From: Balanoglossus misakiensis
Taxonomy: Eukaryota; Animalia; Hemichordata
Assembly (NCBI GenBank): GCA_040954595.2
Contig: CM082581.2
Location: forward strand, 8,144,059 to 8,208,058
DNA: 64,000 nucleotides
Reading direction: 5' to 3'
Shown here: positions 41,405-54,694 of the stretch, in pieces
Position numbering within the stretch: the stretch's first letter is position 1
Layout of the letters: each line of letters starts with the position of its first letter
The notes under the pieces: generated by a model
What the model saw: the letters and a program-made list of their open reading frames with translations, nothing else
Database searches by the model: none
What the model was told of the DNA's origin: nothing
Translations under genes and position numbers: made by a program

Positions 41405-44369
41405 AATTACAAGCAGCAGTAGGATGTGTTGCAACAAGTACCAGTAGCACTTAAGATAAATCAGTTATCGGATGATCGGATGATGGTTCTTCACGAACTT
41501 GTTAAGTAAAGGCATGATATCTAAAACCTTTGAAAGTGTTTAATTTTATCGACAGTCGGCAACACCTCCACTTCTCACAAATTTCCCCCAAAATTTTATC
41601 AGGTACTTTGTGTATTCAAAATTTTTCACTATCATGTTTTTAATAATTTGATCAAAGAAACTAAAACTGTTTGTCTGTACAGCATTGAATACTGTTTTAC
41701 TTGAGTTCGATAACACTAATTTCAGTGGCAATCTTGTCTAGAATCTAGACATCTTATCTGAGGGCTCTCACTATCGATACGACGTCTAGATTTTGGACGT
41801 ATCAATCTGAAGATGGCATTGTTTTCTGTTGCACGCCCCTCTGAATAGAAATAAGGTGCAACTGTTATCTGTAGGAACAGAGATTTCATCTAGTTGTATA
41901 ATTCTGCATGTCAGGACATGATCACGATTGCTGGAATCTATTAAGTATTATCTCACGTTTTAAGTGGCTAACCTATTTCAGTTATTTTATTCTGATAGGC
42001 TATTTGTGTTTGGTCTCACTGACACACACCCAATGGACACTCCACATGCATACTTCCATCATTTAATTTTTGGTCCGTACCAAAAATTATACTGTGGCGA
42101 TATCCTCATGTTAATAATATATATGTACAGAGTAGGGTAAAAACAAAATGTTGTCAGAATATTTTACCTCGGTTAGTTCAACACTAGGGTTTCTGTTTGA
42201 AGATAAAACTTTTGTGTGTGCATTATAGGTTATCATTTTGTCTGCAGGACATCAGCAATCATCAGTACCATTGTACACTGACAGACTTATTCAACATGTC
42301 TAAATCTAAAGCAGTATTAAATGTACATAAAATTCATTATTTATAATCCATGTATTACTATATTGATGGTATTTGAATTAATAATAGATCAATCATATTG
42401 CAGTCGGACAATTTCTCTAGAACTGTTACGACACTGCATTGTTCCTGTAAATTAGGTCTTCATGGTCGTGGCTTTGAGGATTCTGCCCGCCATTGTTTAA
42501 TACAAATAACCAGAGTAATGAGAAAGTACTTTGCAATGGAAAAATGACTGATTAACACGGGGCATTGTCTGTCCTTCTCTACATGCAATGTGTTCAGAGA
42601 GTGCTGAAGGTTGGAAATACAATATCGCATTAAATTTGGCGGACATTGATGAGTCGTGAATCTCAACCAGAGGGATTAGTGTAGCTCAAATTAATGACTG
42701 ACTTTTATTCCAATCCTCTTCTATTCACAGCAGAACATGTGGGATTATTCAATTTCATATGAAGACTACTTTGAGGTAAGTTGAATTTATATGAAAGATG
42801 TATGGCTGTTAGCATGTAATAATAAAATGTCCTGGTGATATTCGATGGTAGAGGGTACAACTTGGAAATAGTCTATTTTTGTCCTCCACTTTGCAAAACG
42901 GTTTGTGTGTACGTGTATCGTTTCCACCCCTGACTGTGTTACCGCAAACAACTCAACTGAAGACCAGACAACAAAGCATTTCTCAACATCACCCTTTATT
43001 GATAAATATTTAATGTGTACAATGGACAGCAAATAAAAGATGTAATTTATACACTCTAGCTGCCTTCGGCAAAACTTTCAAATGAAGGTGTGTACCTCAG
43101 AATCTAACAGGGCAAATGAGGTCAAATATAGGTGAACTAATCTATGATGACCTCTCAATGATGTATAAAAGTTATACATGTACACCTTATTCTGGTCCTA
43201 ATACCACAAGAAACTAAGGGAGTCTTGGTATTTCAATGTGTGTATAGTTCAAAAAATATATTGTACCTCAGGTGCTAGAGAAATTAAAGTAACTGAAATA
43301 ATATCAAAATATCATGAATTTAGCCGTTTAATATGAAAATTTACCAGGACAGCACCAGAAACTGATGGTGGTATTGATACAGGATTCAGCCCCCCAGAGA
43401 AAGAAGATATGACATCAAATTCAAGTTACAATCTACAACCTGATACAAGCTGCAAACAAAAATGTACATGTCTATGATGTGAACATGTTTTGAATGAAAC
43501 ATGGCAAATAAATAGCCAAATAAAACCCACCAATTATGGCGGGGTGTATCTATTGCTGGTCATTGCAGTGAGCAAAGAAATCTATCAGTAAAAGATCTCA
43601 CAAATTATGTTGATTTACTATTCTTATAATACATTATCGCTTTAATAAATAAGATCAATGAAAAAACTGATAAAATACACCACCAATTGCATGGCACTGC
43701 TAGGATTCGTTGATTCAACAAACACAAACCATAATCCATACTTTATTTGATAACAATATTTTCCTGTTGTGTGTTCGATTGGAAATAGTTCTCTGTTGTC
43801 ATGAAATGTGTTTTGGAGACCCATTTGTCAGTCTCTATAATCAATTTATCTGGCCACGTCATTTCTTGATTTTCCTTGTTAAAATTAAATTTTGTAAACA
43901 CCATTTCAATGAGACTGGCAGATTCTCAAAGTGCATTTCAATCCGTTTGCATTAGTTGTGTTTTGAAGGTATACTACCATATTACATGAGTTGCTTAACC
44001 ATATCAATAAAATATCTGTAACTTTCCGTTTAAGATGAAGCTAACATTTTCCATAAACCGAAATATACATATGAAATGAGGGTCCCCAAAAGGACAATTG
44101 AATTCAAACTCACATCATGTTTACATTTCCACTGAATTAAGGCATCCGTGTCAATATTTTAACTTGATAATTACAGTAGTTGGATGTAATGAAATACTAG
44201 TAGTTTGAACATTTTGCTGAATATGTAAAATTGTTGAAATTTTTTGTTTTAAAACTTGGAAACTATCCCTAACTCTGATTATGAGTGGTATAATCCAATC
44301 ATACACCAGCTCATTTCACATGAAATAGGGGTGAAATTTAGAGAGGGAAAGGAACAGTTTGCATTGATG

Positions 44370-46879
44370 TCAGTAATTCTCAGCCATCATGAGAATCACC
44401 AGTGAGGACCAGCCCGTGAACGGATGTGACCCCTGACCCCGGCCGGTTGTATCGTTGTATTGCTCCCACACGTAGCCCGAGCGGTCGTACTCTCGCACCA
44501 TGTTGGTGATGATGCTAGTCCTGAGTTCTGAGTAAATTTCGCCGGCCTGGCTCCGATACGGCCCCTCCGTGTTGGCGTAGTGGTGCAGTGCCCTCACAGT
44601 CAGGTAGTTCATGTTGATCCAGATCTGGCCTCGCCAATATGGCGGGTCGTGCTCTGTGTTGTACTTGGCGTACAGCGGGTCTGATTTGGACAGCGATCGC
44701 AGGCCGTACCTGGTCCACAGCAGTTTGGGATCTCGGATGTCTGTCAGGATTTTCCCCAGTTTTTCCGACGACGGGTCGATCACTTGTAAGAGGAAAGGAA
44801 ACAGGCTAACATAGCCCAGTGCACTGACGTGTTTGTACGCGGGTCCGTTTTTGGATTTGATGGCGCGCACCATTGGGGGTTTGGGGACGTTTTGCGGTTT
44901 TCGCTGCCCTCGGGGCTGCGGTACGGGTGTTGGTGATGGCGGTCGTTCCAGCATTACGTGATCTGAGTGGTTGCCATAGTCACTGTACTGTTTCCCTTTG
45001 GCAGACCAGTGCAGTTTATCGAGGAGCGCATTATCCGTCAAAACTTCGTGCGTCTGCTGATACTGCTGATGCGGCTCTCCGATGGTCTTCGCGATGTCGG
45101 TCATGACTCCGGAAGCGAGAGCGATCCAACACCGCAGATCGACGTGCCGTTCGTCGTCCGAAGGGTGCGAGGCGCGCGGATAGTCATCCAAACCAGACGT
45201 CAGCGTTTTGGGGTTCAATTCTTTGTCGGTAGTGGCATCTCTGCCCCGCCACCTGTACGACGTCGGAACGTTCCCGAGCTGAGTCGTATTGAACCAGTTG
45301 AACCAGACTTTCAATCTCGGGTACATGCGCTTCAGGAAAGCCTGGTCGCTTTCATCGGTGCTCTTGACAAGCTCCTTCATCAGGGACTGAATCGGCAGGA
45401 ACAGCGTCGGCGGGTTGGCGTTCTCGTTGTACTGCACGACGAACTCGGTCGGCACTTTGGCGCGCGCCTCGTTTCCCAGGATCTGCTCTCGCGGGATCCA
45501 CCCGTCCACGTTCATCAGATCGATCCAGTGGCCGATGATCTCTTTGCTGATGCCGGGATCCCACTTGCTGATTAACAGGTTGTGAAACCCCTCGTCCCAC
45601 AGAAACCCGCGGGGGAAGAAGGAGCGAGACGGCACGGCCGTGTACAGCGGCGCGTCCCAGTACTCGACGGGCTCGTCGTTATACCGTGACTTCACGATGG
45701 ACTTCCCGTAGAAGTAACCGATCCCACCCACCAGGTTACTCAGCGTGGCCTTGGCAAAGTTCATGTCTTTCTCTTTGAAACCCTTCTTCTTCAGGTTGAA
45801 TATCTTTTCGAATTTTTCGTCAAAATTTTGAGAGTGATGCGTCAGCAGCTTTGTGAACTCTGGTCCAGCCAGGACTGTCTGCCGAGCAGCGTGGCTGCCC
45901 GACTCGAAGACAATGTTCACCTCAAAGGGCAGCGCGACAGTAATTTGGTGCACCAGGAGATTCGGCTCGTAGTCGTGAAACTGACTCTGAGACAAAATAT
46001 CCCCCACAAGTCCGACCATATTCTTGTTCTGCCCGAAGGGATAGTACTTCATACTCCGGTGAACCACTTCCTTGATGATGTGAATACTCGGCGTGTAGGT
46101 CCTCAAGAAGTTGGACTTCTTTGTGTTCTTGGCCCTCGGGAATTTAATTGTGAAGTCGCCCAGCTCTTTTGTATTTCCTTCAATAGTTGTCATCCGAGTG
46201 CCCTCCACTATTGGCTCCATCTCTCCCTGGCCATCAGTTGCAGCATAAAACATGATCGACACAATAGTTTTGTTTGCAGCTTTATTCTGAAATTCAAAAT
46301 AAAGGGGAAAAAAAAAGAAAAATACAAGAGAGTTAATCATTAAAATTCTCCAAAAGACTGGCCTGTGTATAAATAAAAATATTATACACCTTGTATGTAT
46401 GGATTGTCGCATTAATGTTTGATGGTCTCTCAACCCCACTGTGTTATTATTTTAAGGAAGTGAAAGGTTATATTTACTAATTATTAAATACATCTATGTG
46501 TGGAGTTCTGATTGGCTACCCAATCAGACAAGGAAGGAACATTTCAGATAAAGTGTCCCACTACCAGTTTTAATATTTAACAGTCAGACAGTTACAAAAT
46601 TATACATTGAATGACTAACAAAAACTGCTAGGAGGGACCATGACAATTATTGTCTCCACTCAGAATTGTTTCTGTGTGGTTTCCATAACCAAATAGACGT
46701 ACATTTTACCACAGACTATTAATGTTTTTATACAGTTTTATTGGGCGATTATGATTCCACAGCAGGTGTTTCTGTAAACAGATAAAGCTAGCCTCAACGT
46801 GTAATGATGGTTTCCATATTGTACGTTTGTTTAGATCATAAGAATTGTTTTATTCATTCATTCATTCATTCATTCATTC

Positions 46880-46927
<48 letters not shown>

Positions 46928-47728
46928 TACCTTGGCTTTTCCACTGATGCGGACAGTCCAATCACCACCATGCTTCCCCCCTGGTCGTTTGACGAATTCT
47001 GTCATCAACGTGAAATTTTTGTCGACAATCTCTTGACTACCGAAGTTTATGCCGTCGTGCCTAAGCCAGCCGTATTTTGGCAACTTGTCCGACTGTTCAC
47101 ACGTGTGCCGGATGGGCAAAGTCCTCTCGCGCGTGAACTGGGTGAACCACATCAAGCCGGTCACCATACTTTCCGGGGTCCGTGTCTTCATCCCCCAATA
47201 CACGCCGGGTCGGTACGTCCCCCAGTACCGTTCCGGGGACATGTTGGCCGCCTCCTCTGGGGCGATGACTCGCGGCAGGTCAAGTGGGGAGTAGACCCGC
47301 GAGGCGAGAACGTGTCTGTACCAAAAATAGCCCACCGGAACGCACCCTATTAGCACTATCAAAACAAAGGTGCGAAACCCGATCGGCGGCGAATTTCCCG
47401 GCTTCAGGTACTTTCCCACGTCGATTCCATCTGGTTGCCGGTCGCCGACACTCTCGTCGCTCTCACGACGCACAGCCCGCCGATTTCTCACCATGTCGAC
47501 GTTCTGATCAAAGATATCATCACTGAAATCGGCAGCAGGAGGTATATTTCTGTCGACCTCGTCTTGGTCACTTTCGCCCGTCGTAATGCCGCTGTTTTCC
47601 TCGTCCACGAGATCTAGTAGATCGCCATCTTGGGTACACAGCGATCCGGCTTCTGATTGGAGGAAATCGTGCGGCTGCTCGCCGTCACGATCGTCCGTAT
47701 TCATGCTAATATCATCTGAATCAGACAT
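44370..47728 (-). CDS. MOGS: Mannosyl-oligosaccharide glucosidase (ER glucosidase I, GH63), 904 aa
   Basis: Two exons, 47728-46931 and 46286-44370, joined by a phase-0 intron. Type II TM segment FVLIVLIGCVPVGYFWY; motifs WGTYRPGVYWGMKTR, LYTAVPSRSFFPRGFLWDEGFH, TLTSGLDDYPRA, ERHVDLRCW, YWRGQIWINMNY, PFTGWS. Confidence 0.96.
46852..46926. repeat. Compound tetranucleotide microsatellite (ATTC)n(AATC)n in the MOGS intron
   Basis: Direct reading of attcattc...ttcaatcaatc; it begins right at the minus-strand splice donor (46930). Confidence 0.9.
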
Positions 47729-50700
47729 GTTTTATTCACAAGCAAGGGGAAATGAAAACCGATCGCAGGTGGCATTCGACTCCCTAGCTTTGTGTAAATC
47801 GACGAGGAATAAACCGACATCCATGGATCCAGATCCTTTCACAGTACTTTCTATTACTTTTCAAACGGTACTTGGTTAATTGGTTTCGGAAATTTGATTG
47901 GAGAGAATGGATAATTCTCTGGGAATATGAAATTACAGCAGTTCCGTTTTTGCTGTTTTTGCTTTACTTAGAGGGCTTGGTTAATCCAGGATTCCCAGTG
48001 CGCCTGCGTTATGACCGCGAATGACCGAAAACGCGACTTCCACGAGTTATGCCAGTAATGTTTACATAAAGTAAACACCACGCCTGCAAGAACATACCAT
48101 ATGGCATGGAGCCGGAAGGGTACGTCGAGCCAGGCACAGACTGTGAGTAAGGCATGTCGGCGAGAGAGCCCGGCTATTTGCTGCCGGATGCGCCCACCCG
48201 ACACCGAGGAGTTGGGACATGTGGGAGGCGGAAGTGGCTTCGCTGTATTTTGTTTAGCGACTGCGCCTTGCCATAGAGTGATTGTGACGCGTGGTGCAAA
48301 GCAATTTTGTTTCGTGTTTAAAGTAAAAGACGTCGCCGTTCCCTTCATCTGATTTTAACCAGATTGGGGTCTGGCATGCCGATAACTTCAAGAAACTTGT
48401 TGTAACAGGCATGGCACCAAGTTTACACAATCCGTGTACATGTAGACAGCTCGATGCCTTCTCTTTTCTCCCCCCCCCCCCCCGAGCGCCTTTCGCGACA
48501 GATCTTTAGGTTTAGGCCTATATGCATGATCTGTGTAAGTTAGCAGTTTTACCACATTGGTATTCTTCCATGTCATCGCGCCTGGCATACATGTCCAGAC
48601 GATAGCAAGCAGTACGAGTCAGGAGAAAAACAAACGTTACGAATGTTAGAAACTGTGGTGGCGCGCTCTCATCAGATTTCCCCTTTCTTGAAAACCGAGC
48701 AGCATGCAGCATGTATTAACTTAACCCCACCCCCATTTCACACCGAAATCTCTCCACATATCGATACAAGTTCAAATGCGCAATTGTAGTCTGATGGATA
48801 TTTTTAATTCATTACTTATGTAAAATTAATGAATTGATTTAATACGCTAATGAACACGATTTCTCATAAACACCTCACAACTTTCTGCTCTATTTTAGCA
48901 CGTACACATGGTTCCTTTGGCCTTTCTTTTCCGACCTTTGCAATCTTGGCTAGCTTTGTCTTTCGAATTCTGACTAGTTCCTCCCTGTTCGAGCTCCGAC
49001 ATAAACAGCGCCAGCCTGGGTGATTTTATCAAATGCGCGCAAGAGGTTGAACAATCGTCGTGATTGTCCGTCAGTGGCGCTATTGTGATAGCGTCCCCCT
49101 TTTTCGACCTTGAAGCTTACCGGCGTAACGTGGACTAAGTATTTCTTCATGACCTGGCAGATGTGCCTTTCCTAGAAACACTTTTAAAATTTTACAGCTC
49201 CTTATCTGAATAAAATATATCAGTAACATGACAATATACGTTGGGTTTGACGAGAATTGACAATTTCTGAATTTTTTTCCTATTAATGGTTTTCTGATTA
49301 TTCGTTGTAAATATATAAATAAGTACACTGCAACCAAACCAGTAATCGTGAAGATTTAAACGTAGGCCATACGCTAGGAATGTAAATTATACAAACATCG
49401 GCAAAAAGGCCTCAAATTTGCTGTATTTGCTCAGAAGAAACATGTAAATATCTACACTAATATTTTTCTGTCACAAATAGAAATAAGGTGACATCGAATT
49501 AAAGTTAGACACTGCGTCACACGGACATAGTCCGTACGATCGCGGGCAAAACGAGGAAGCAAATCAGAGTGAATTGGACCTAATTTGATTTTTATTGTTG
49601 TTATTATCGAGAAATTACAACAGTGCAGTGATAATTTGAGCTCTTCTTCGCGCCAGGCGAACCGTCGTATTGACGCAGCTCTGTGTGGTAGCTTTTACCC
49701 CCTCCGCCCAAGAAAGCGCGAGTCCGTGTCTTTTTCAAAAGCTCACGGGAGAGTGTACAGCGTACAATACACGTTATTGCCTTGTGCTCGGAGGGCAAAT
49801 GCAGCCACTGCAAATCCGCTGCAATCGCTCGTATGGGGGGATAAAATTGAGTTCTCAATAAAATGTCTTAATATTTGCCTGTTTGTCGCTAACGACACGC
49901 TGTTTTTTTTCATCAAGGCCTAGGCCACGGGGCCTCTTCCCGGTATTCCGCGACCAAATCCAATTTCCTGGCCATTGAGGAAAAGAACCGCGCGGCAAAC
50001 TCCTCGTCTACACCTACGGTATTCCTTCACTTCTTGAATATTGTAATTTGATAGGACCCCCTTGACGAGAAAATGGAAGATGCGGTACCACTGGGAGACG
50101 GTTTATTAAGTCTCACCATGTACGAGATAATACTTCAAGTTGCTTGAGGGCGGTAATCATCTCTGAGCTGTGTTTTTTTTCCTTTACTTGTCGCGTTGAA
50201 TGGGGGGAATACTTTCAATTCAATAATTCCACCGCCATATTAGCGACAGTCACCATTCTGCGCTATCCATAATTGATATAGGCTGTTCTTGTCACCACAA
50301 AAGACATCCGTTCCGGCGACCACTTGGTCGAATAGTGGGAGGATTGGACAATTTTTACTCAATCTCAAATTGTAACGGCTGGAATGAGTGACACGGGGAT
50401 TATTCACTCGTGATAAATAATACAGAAAGAACAAATTGAAGTCGCCTACGACTGACATTTTTTTCTTTAACGATGCATTTTCTTCAAATTGCGGTATTGT
50501 CCGATTATATTTATTATACTAGCAAAGTGCGCATGCCCCTTGACACGTCATAAACGGAGATAATGCATGGGTAATAGGCGAATGGGCGTGTGGAGTGCAC
50601 GATCGAGAAACTGTGGAAAAGTCGCGTTACGTAGACGGCGGTTGCACAACAAGATCTCTCTTACCGAAGAAATGTCACGAATTAAATAAATACTCTTGAC

Positions 50701-53700
50701 GTTTTCTCTGTTCTTTAAAATACGAGCCCCATTGTAGCGGCGATGTGCAGCGAGATAGGTAGGCGGGGATCAGATAGCCCCGCCAGAATAAAGCGATTGC
50801 TGCCACTCGCCCAGATCCAGACCGTATCTGCGCGCAGCATCGTTATTTACAATCTCGGGAAATCGTGAGATAATGCTCCCTTTGAAAGCACGGTTGAACC
50901 CTATAGCCCAAGATAACAAGGTACTTAGCAGTGGAGCTGATATGCAGTGTGATTAAGCTACAAAGAGTGATATGTCATCTTTTTTTTTTATTCGCTGCGA
51001 AATAAAGATGTTCTCTACATAATGGAAGCAGTATTGACAAAGTGGGAATTTCAGGGATATCGAGAGGATTTCAAATCCAGAGCGTGTCTGTCTGCTGTGT
51101 AGCGACCCGTTTTTTGCATCCTGCTCTTTTTATTTTCTTAATCCCGGCCGCCCGCCCCTTTTCTTCATTTCTCTGGGCCCACTTCAGTTTGCTTATCGTA
51201 CCTGGTTGCGTGGGTATATTTCTACCACATATTCTCGTGCAATGGCTGAATGCGTGTCCTGTGAATGAACGATTAGCCACCGGCGGCACGTATTCGCGTA
51301 TTTGGATTGCAACACGGCGATGTTATTTTCGACTGCATCACGGTTGCGATGCGACCGACTTTATTTCCTCCCCTCTGCATCCCCAGCGAAAACACGCGCA
51401 TGCGTGACTAAGCAAGCGGAGAATCAATAACTAATGGGCCGTGGCAATGTTGTGATGTGACGTGACAGAGAAAGTCCACAAGTTTGTGGGTAGACGTTAT
51501 TTTGTTGTGTCTGGGTCAAACAATTCTAAAACGCACCAAAATACAGCCGCAAAAATTTGAAAAATGAGCTTGTCATTATCGTTCTATTTCTTGAACCCCA
51601 GCCCAATCCTTTATGTTAAATTTATCGTGATATTTTTCAATTTGATGAAAACTAGAAATAATAACTTTAGTTAAAAGTTATCAGAAATGATTTGGCAACG
51701 GTTTAAACTTGATCAGGTTCCACGTAAGGGGCCCGACCGAAACAAAATTACAACAATCCCTGATGCAAATAATGACGAAAACGCGGAAAAATGAAATGGC
51801 GATGATTTCAACGCGAGACATGGATATGTTAGATGGGATTCGCCCTCAAAGCTGACAACTAAATTGCCACTACTCAAAGACACTCAGCCTGTTATCTTGT
51901 CTCTCACTGACCCTGTGCTCACTCCGAATTCTCGTGAAAAAACATCAGATTTTGATAAAATGGCCTCTTTCCACAATAACACATCCCCGATAAGTCGTTA
52001 TTCGAATCGATTGAAAAGGCGATACAGGGCGATTTAAAACCCAGAAGATGCTTTTTAATGCATTGTCATATTTCATTGTTTATTTGCCGCTTTCTCCGGG
52101 CTATTAAGATCCCTTTTATGGTTTTCACAAGATTAGAGTGAAATTTGTACAAATCAGCTAAAGCGTGCTTCGCAACCATTCAGATCTCGTAAATGACTTT
52201 CTTTGCCAATCTCAGTCGTACACGTCAAAGTATAAGTACTTTATATCGCCTCCAAAGAGAGACAGAGAGAGAGAGAAAAAAATAGAAACTCTTCTCACCC
52301 CTTGCCACCGGTGAAAAGACACATAAACAAGATGTGATGTGAAATAGCTTTCATTGAATCCGTCGAGGGACGGCATGTTTTATTGTTATTAAATGTTACA
52401 CGCATGACGTCATGTGCTTCCAGTAAAGGCGAGGAGACAGTTAAGTCAATTCACCTCTGCACTGATTGCTTTCACGGAGGTGAGGGCTCTACTTGCTTGT
52501 GCAATATGTCACTTCTTTGCACGCTATCGACGAGAGCAAGAGGCCGATGCGAACACACACACACGCGTAATATGTGTCATTCAATGATTATTTTAATACA
52601 GCCATTTTCACCATATTTTAATCGATAAAATAGGTTGATAATATGTCTGTGTATATCCATAAGTAAGCTCATTTAACTGGAGCATTCTAATTTTGAAAAT
52701 AGAAATAATGCAAAAAATGTCAGCTATTGGGAATTTAATTGCAGATATTTAGCAAGAAGTATGGTTATAGTTGTATAGTTCAAAAATATTCAAGATGAGT
52801 GTGCACTTGAAGAAAGTGGGCTTCATCGCTGTGCGCATATATACTCCCTTTCCTCCCAGTAAATGGAAATTTTGATTGATTTAACAAAAGTGTACAGTCG
52901 GTATGCGAGAGTCTTCTGGCTCGCTTTAATTGGAGCTGTCGTGCTCGTGATCAAATCCGTGATTTTTCCCTCGCTCAGACGACGTGATAGGATACCCCGC
53001 GAAAGCAAAAGCAAACGGCAACGATGAAGAACGGCGTGAGCGGTGACGTACTTCAAATGCCGGCAGTTGGGCGAAAGGAATCCGGGCGGCCTTCAATTAA
53101 AAAAGCGATGTTTACTCCTTGGGCCAAGAATAACTCTTAATTATGCTCTCAAATCGTGTCAATTTTTCAAAATATCAACCTCGTGCGCGCCGCGTGGGGC
53201 CGCGCATTGGCCACTGGATTTATAGTTGTCCTCCTCGCGCGAAGTGGCGGACGCAGCGGGTCGGAATTTGTCGTGATGGACTCTCCCTGCAATTATCACA
53301 CCTTTCACGTCTTTTCAAACTATTCTGTGTGCCGTCGCAGTCAGTCAAAAGACTTGCGTGTCTGCCGTGTACATTGCACACGTCGAGTTATTTTCTTCGG
53401 GGATTGTCGTTCGATCTGACAAACACAGACCCGATTTGTTTTGCACGTCTGTTACCCTTTGTCTATGGTAAAATGCCGCGCCATGGTATTGAATTATCTC
53501 GATCTATCACGAGTGTATGCACGCAGTACCAAAACGGAAATTTAGGACCGTTAAAGCATTCTGTCAAAACTGAGAAACTTGGGAAACAACACAACCCCTT
53601 GCATGGAACAAACAACAATATTTTCACGTTTGGTAGTTTCGTTCCTGTTATTTCCGCAAACAACACAATTCGTTTAAAATACAAAACAGAATCATGAAAA

Positions 53701-54644
53701 ATAACTCCTACTCTAGTGGTTGTATAGGGAATTTGCTCTTTAGTAATATTTCTTTAACAGCCTCCCCCCTTCTCTCGAGTACTTAGTTGAGCATAGAAAA
53801 CGACGGTATTGTATCAAACTACGGTAATGACTTGCAATTGATGTACATGTATATGTAAACCAATTGAATAGTTTAAAACAACGTTTTCTTTAACGTTTGT
53901 CGTCGCGTGTTTCACGATTTATATAGAAAAAAGGTACGCTATATTAATGTTCAGTTCTTCAATGGGAATTCTCCATGGCCGATTCCTTAGCTTGACAAGG
54001 TGACCTTTATTCACACCCGCCCAGGTGTGACCCCAGGTCATAGCTGGACACAATAGCATACCTGAGCCAATCCACTTATGGAGTGTGAAATTAAACTCGT
54101 CCAGTCTGGCGCTCGCACCGTTCAATGGTCCTGCAGTCATCAACACCTGGCCTCAGCCCTTCAGACGGTTATTACATGTAACTGACTTCCCTCCCAGAAG
54201 GCAAACTGTTTTACCGCCAATTCACACCATCATTTCACGGTAATGAAATGCCCCAAGACTGGGTGACTTTCAATTTTTCTTTTCAATCACTTTGAGACGA
54301 GGTGTCAATTTAATGAGATGGCTGACTTATTGTGCATAGCCCAGACTGTTGTTAATTTCGGTGTCTTCTCTTTGCTTTGTCATCTGCACGTTTTCAACCT
54401 ATCCCCTTCTCCCCTCTCTGTCTTGTATTTCTCTCTCCGCCTCTCTCTGTCTCTCTCTCTAAGCCTCTGTCTGTCTGTCTGTCTGCCAGTTTTTCTCTGC
54501 ACAGTATGTGAAATAAACTAAATTGTGTGAAATGTATACAAATATAAAAGATTGGGATACGCATTCTAATCACCCCTCACTTTTAGACGTGAAAGAACAA
54601 AATATATCATGATGGAGTCTATAAATAAATACATTAATTAATGA

Positions 54645-54647
54645 AAA

Positions 54648-54694
<47 letters not shown>
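54645..54694. repeat. (AAAT)n microsatellite
   Basis: About 12 consecutive aaat units. Confidence 0.92.

Noticed and set aside
44611-46343. Plus-strand ORFs opposite MOGS
   Set aside because: Antisense shadows caused by high third-position GC content.
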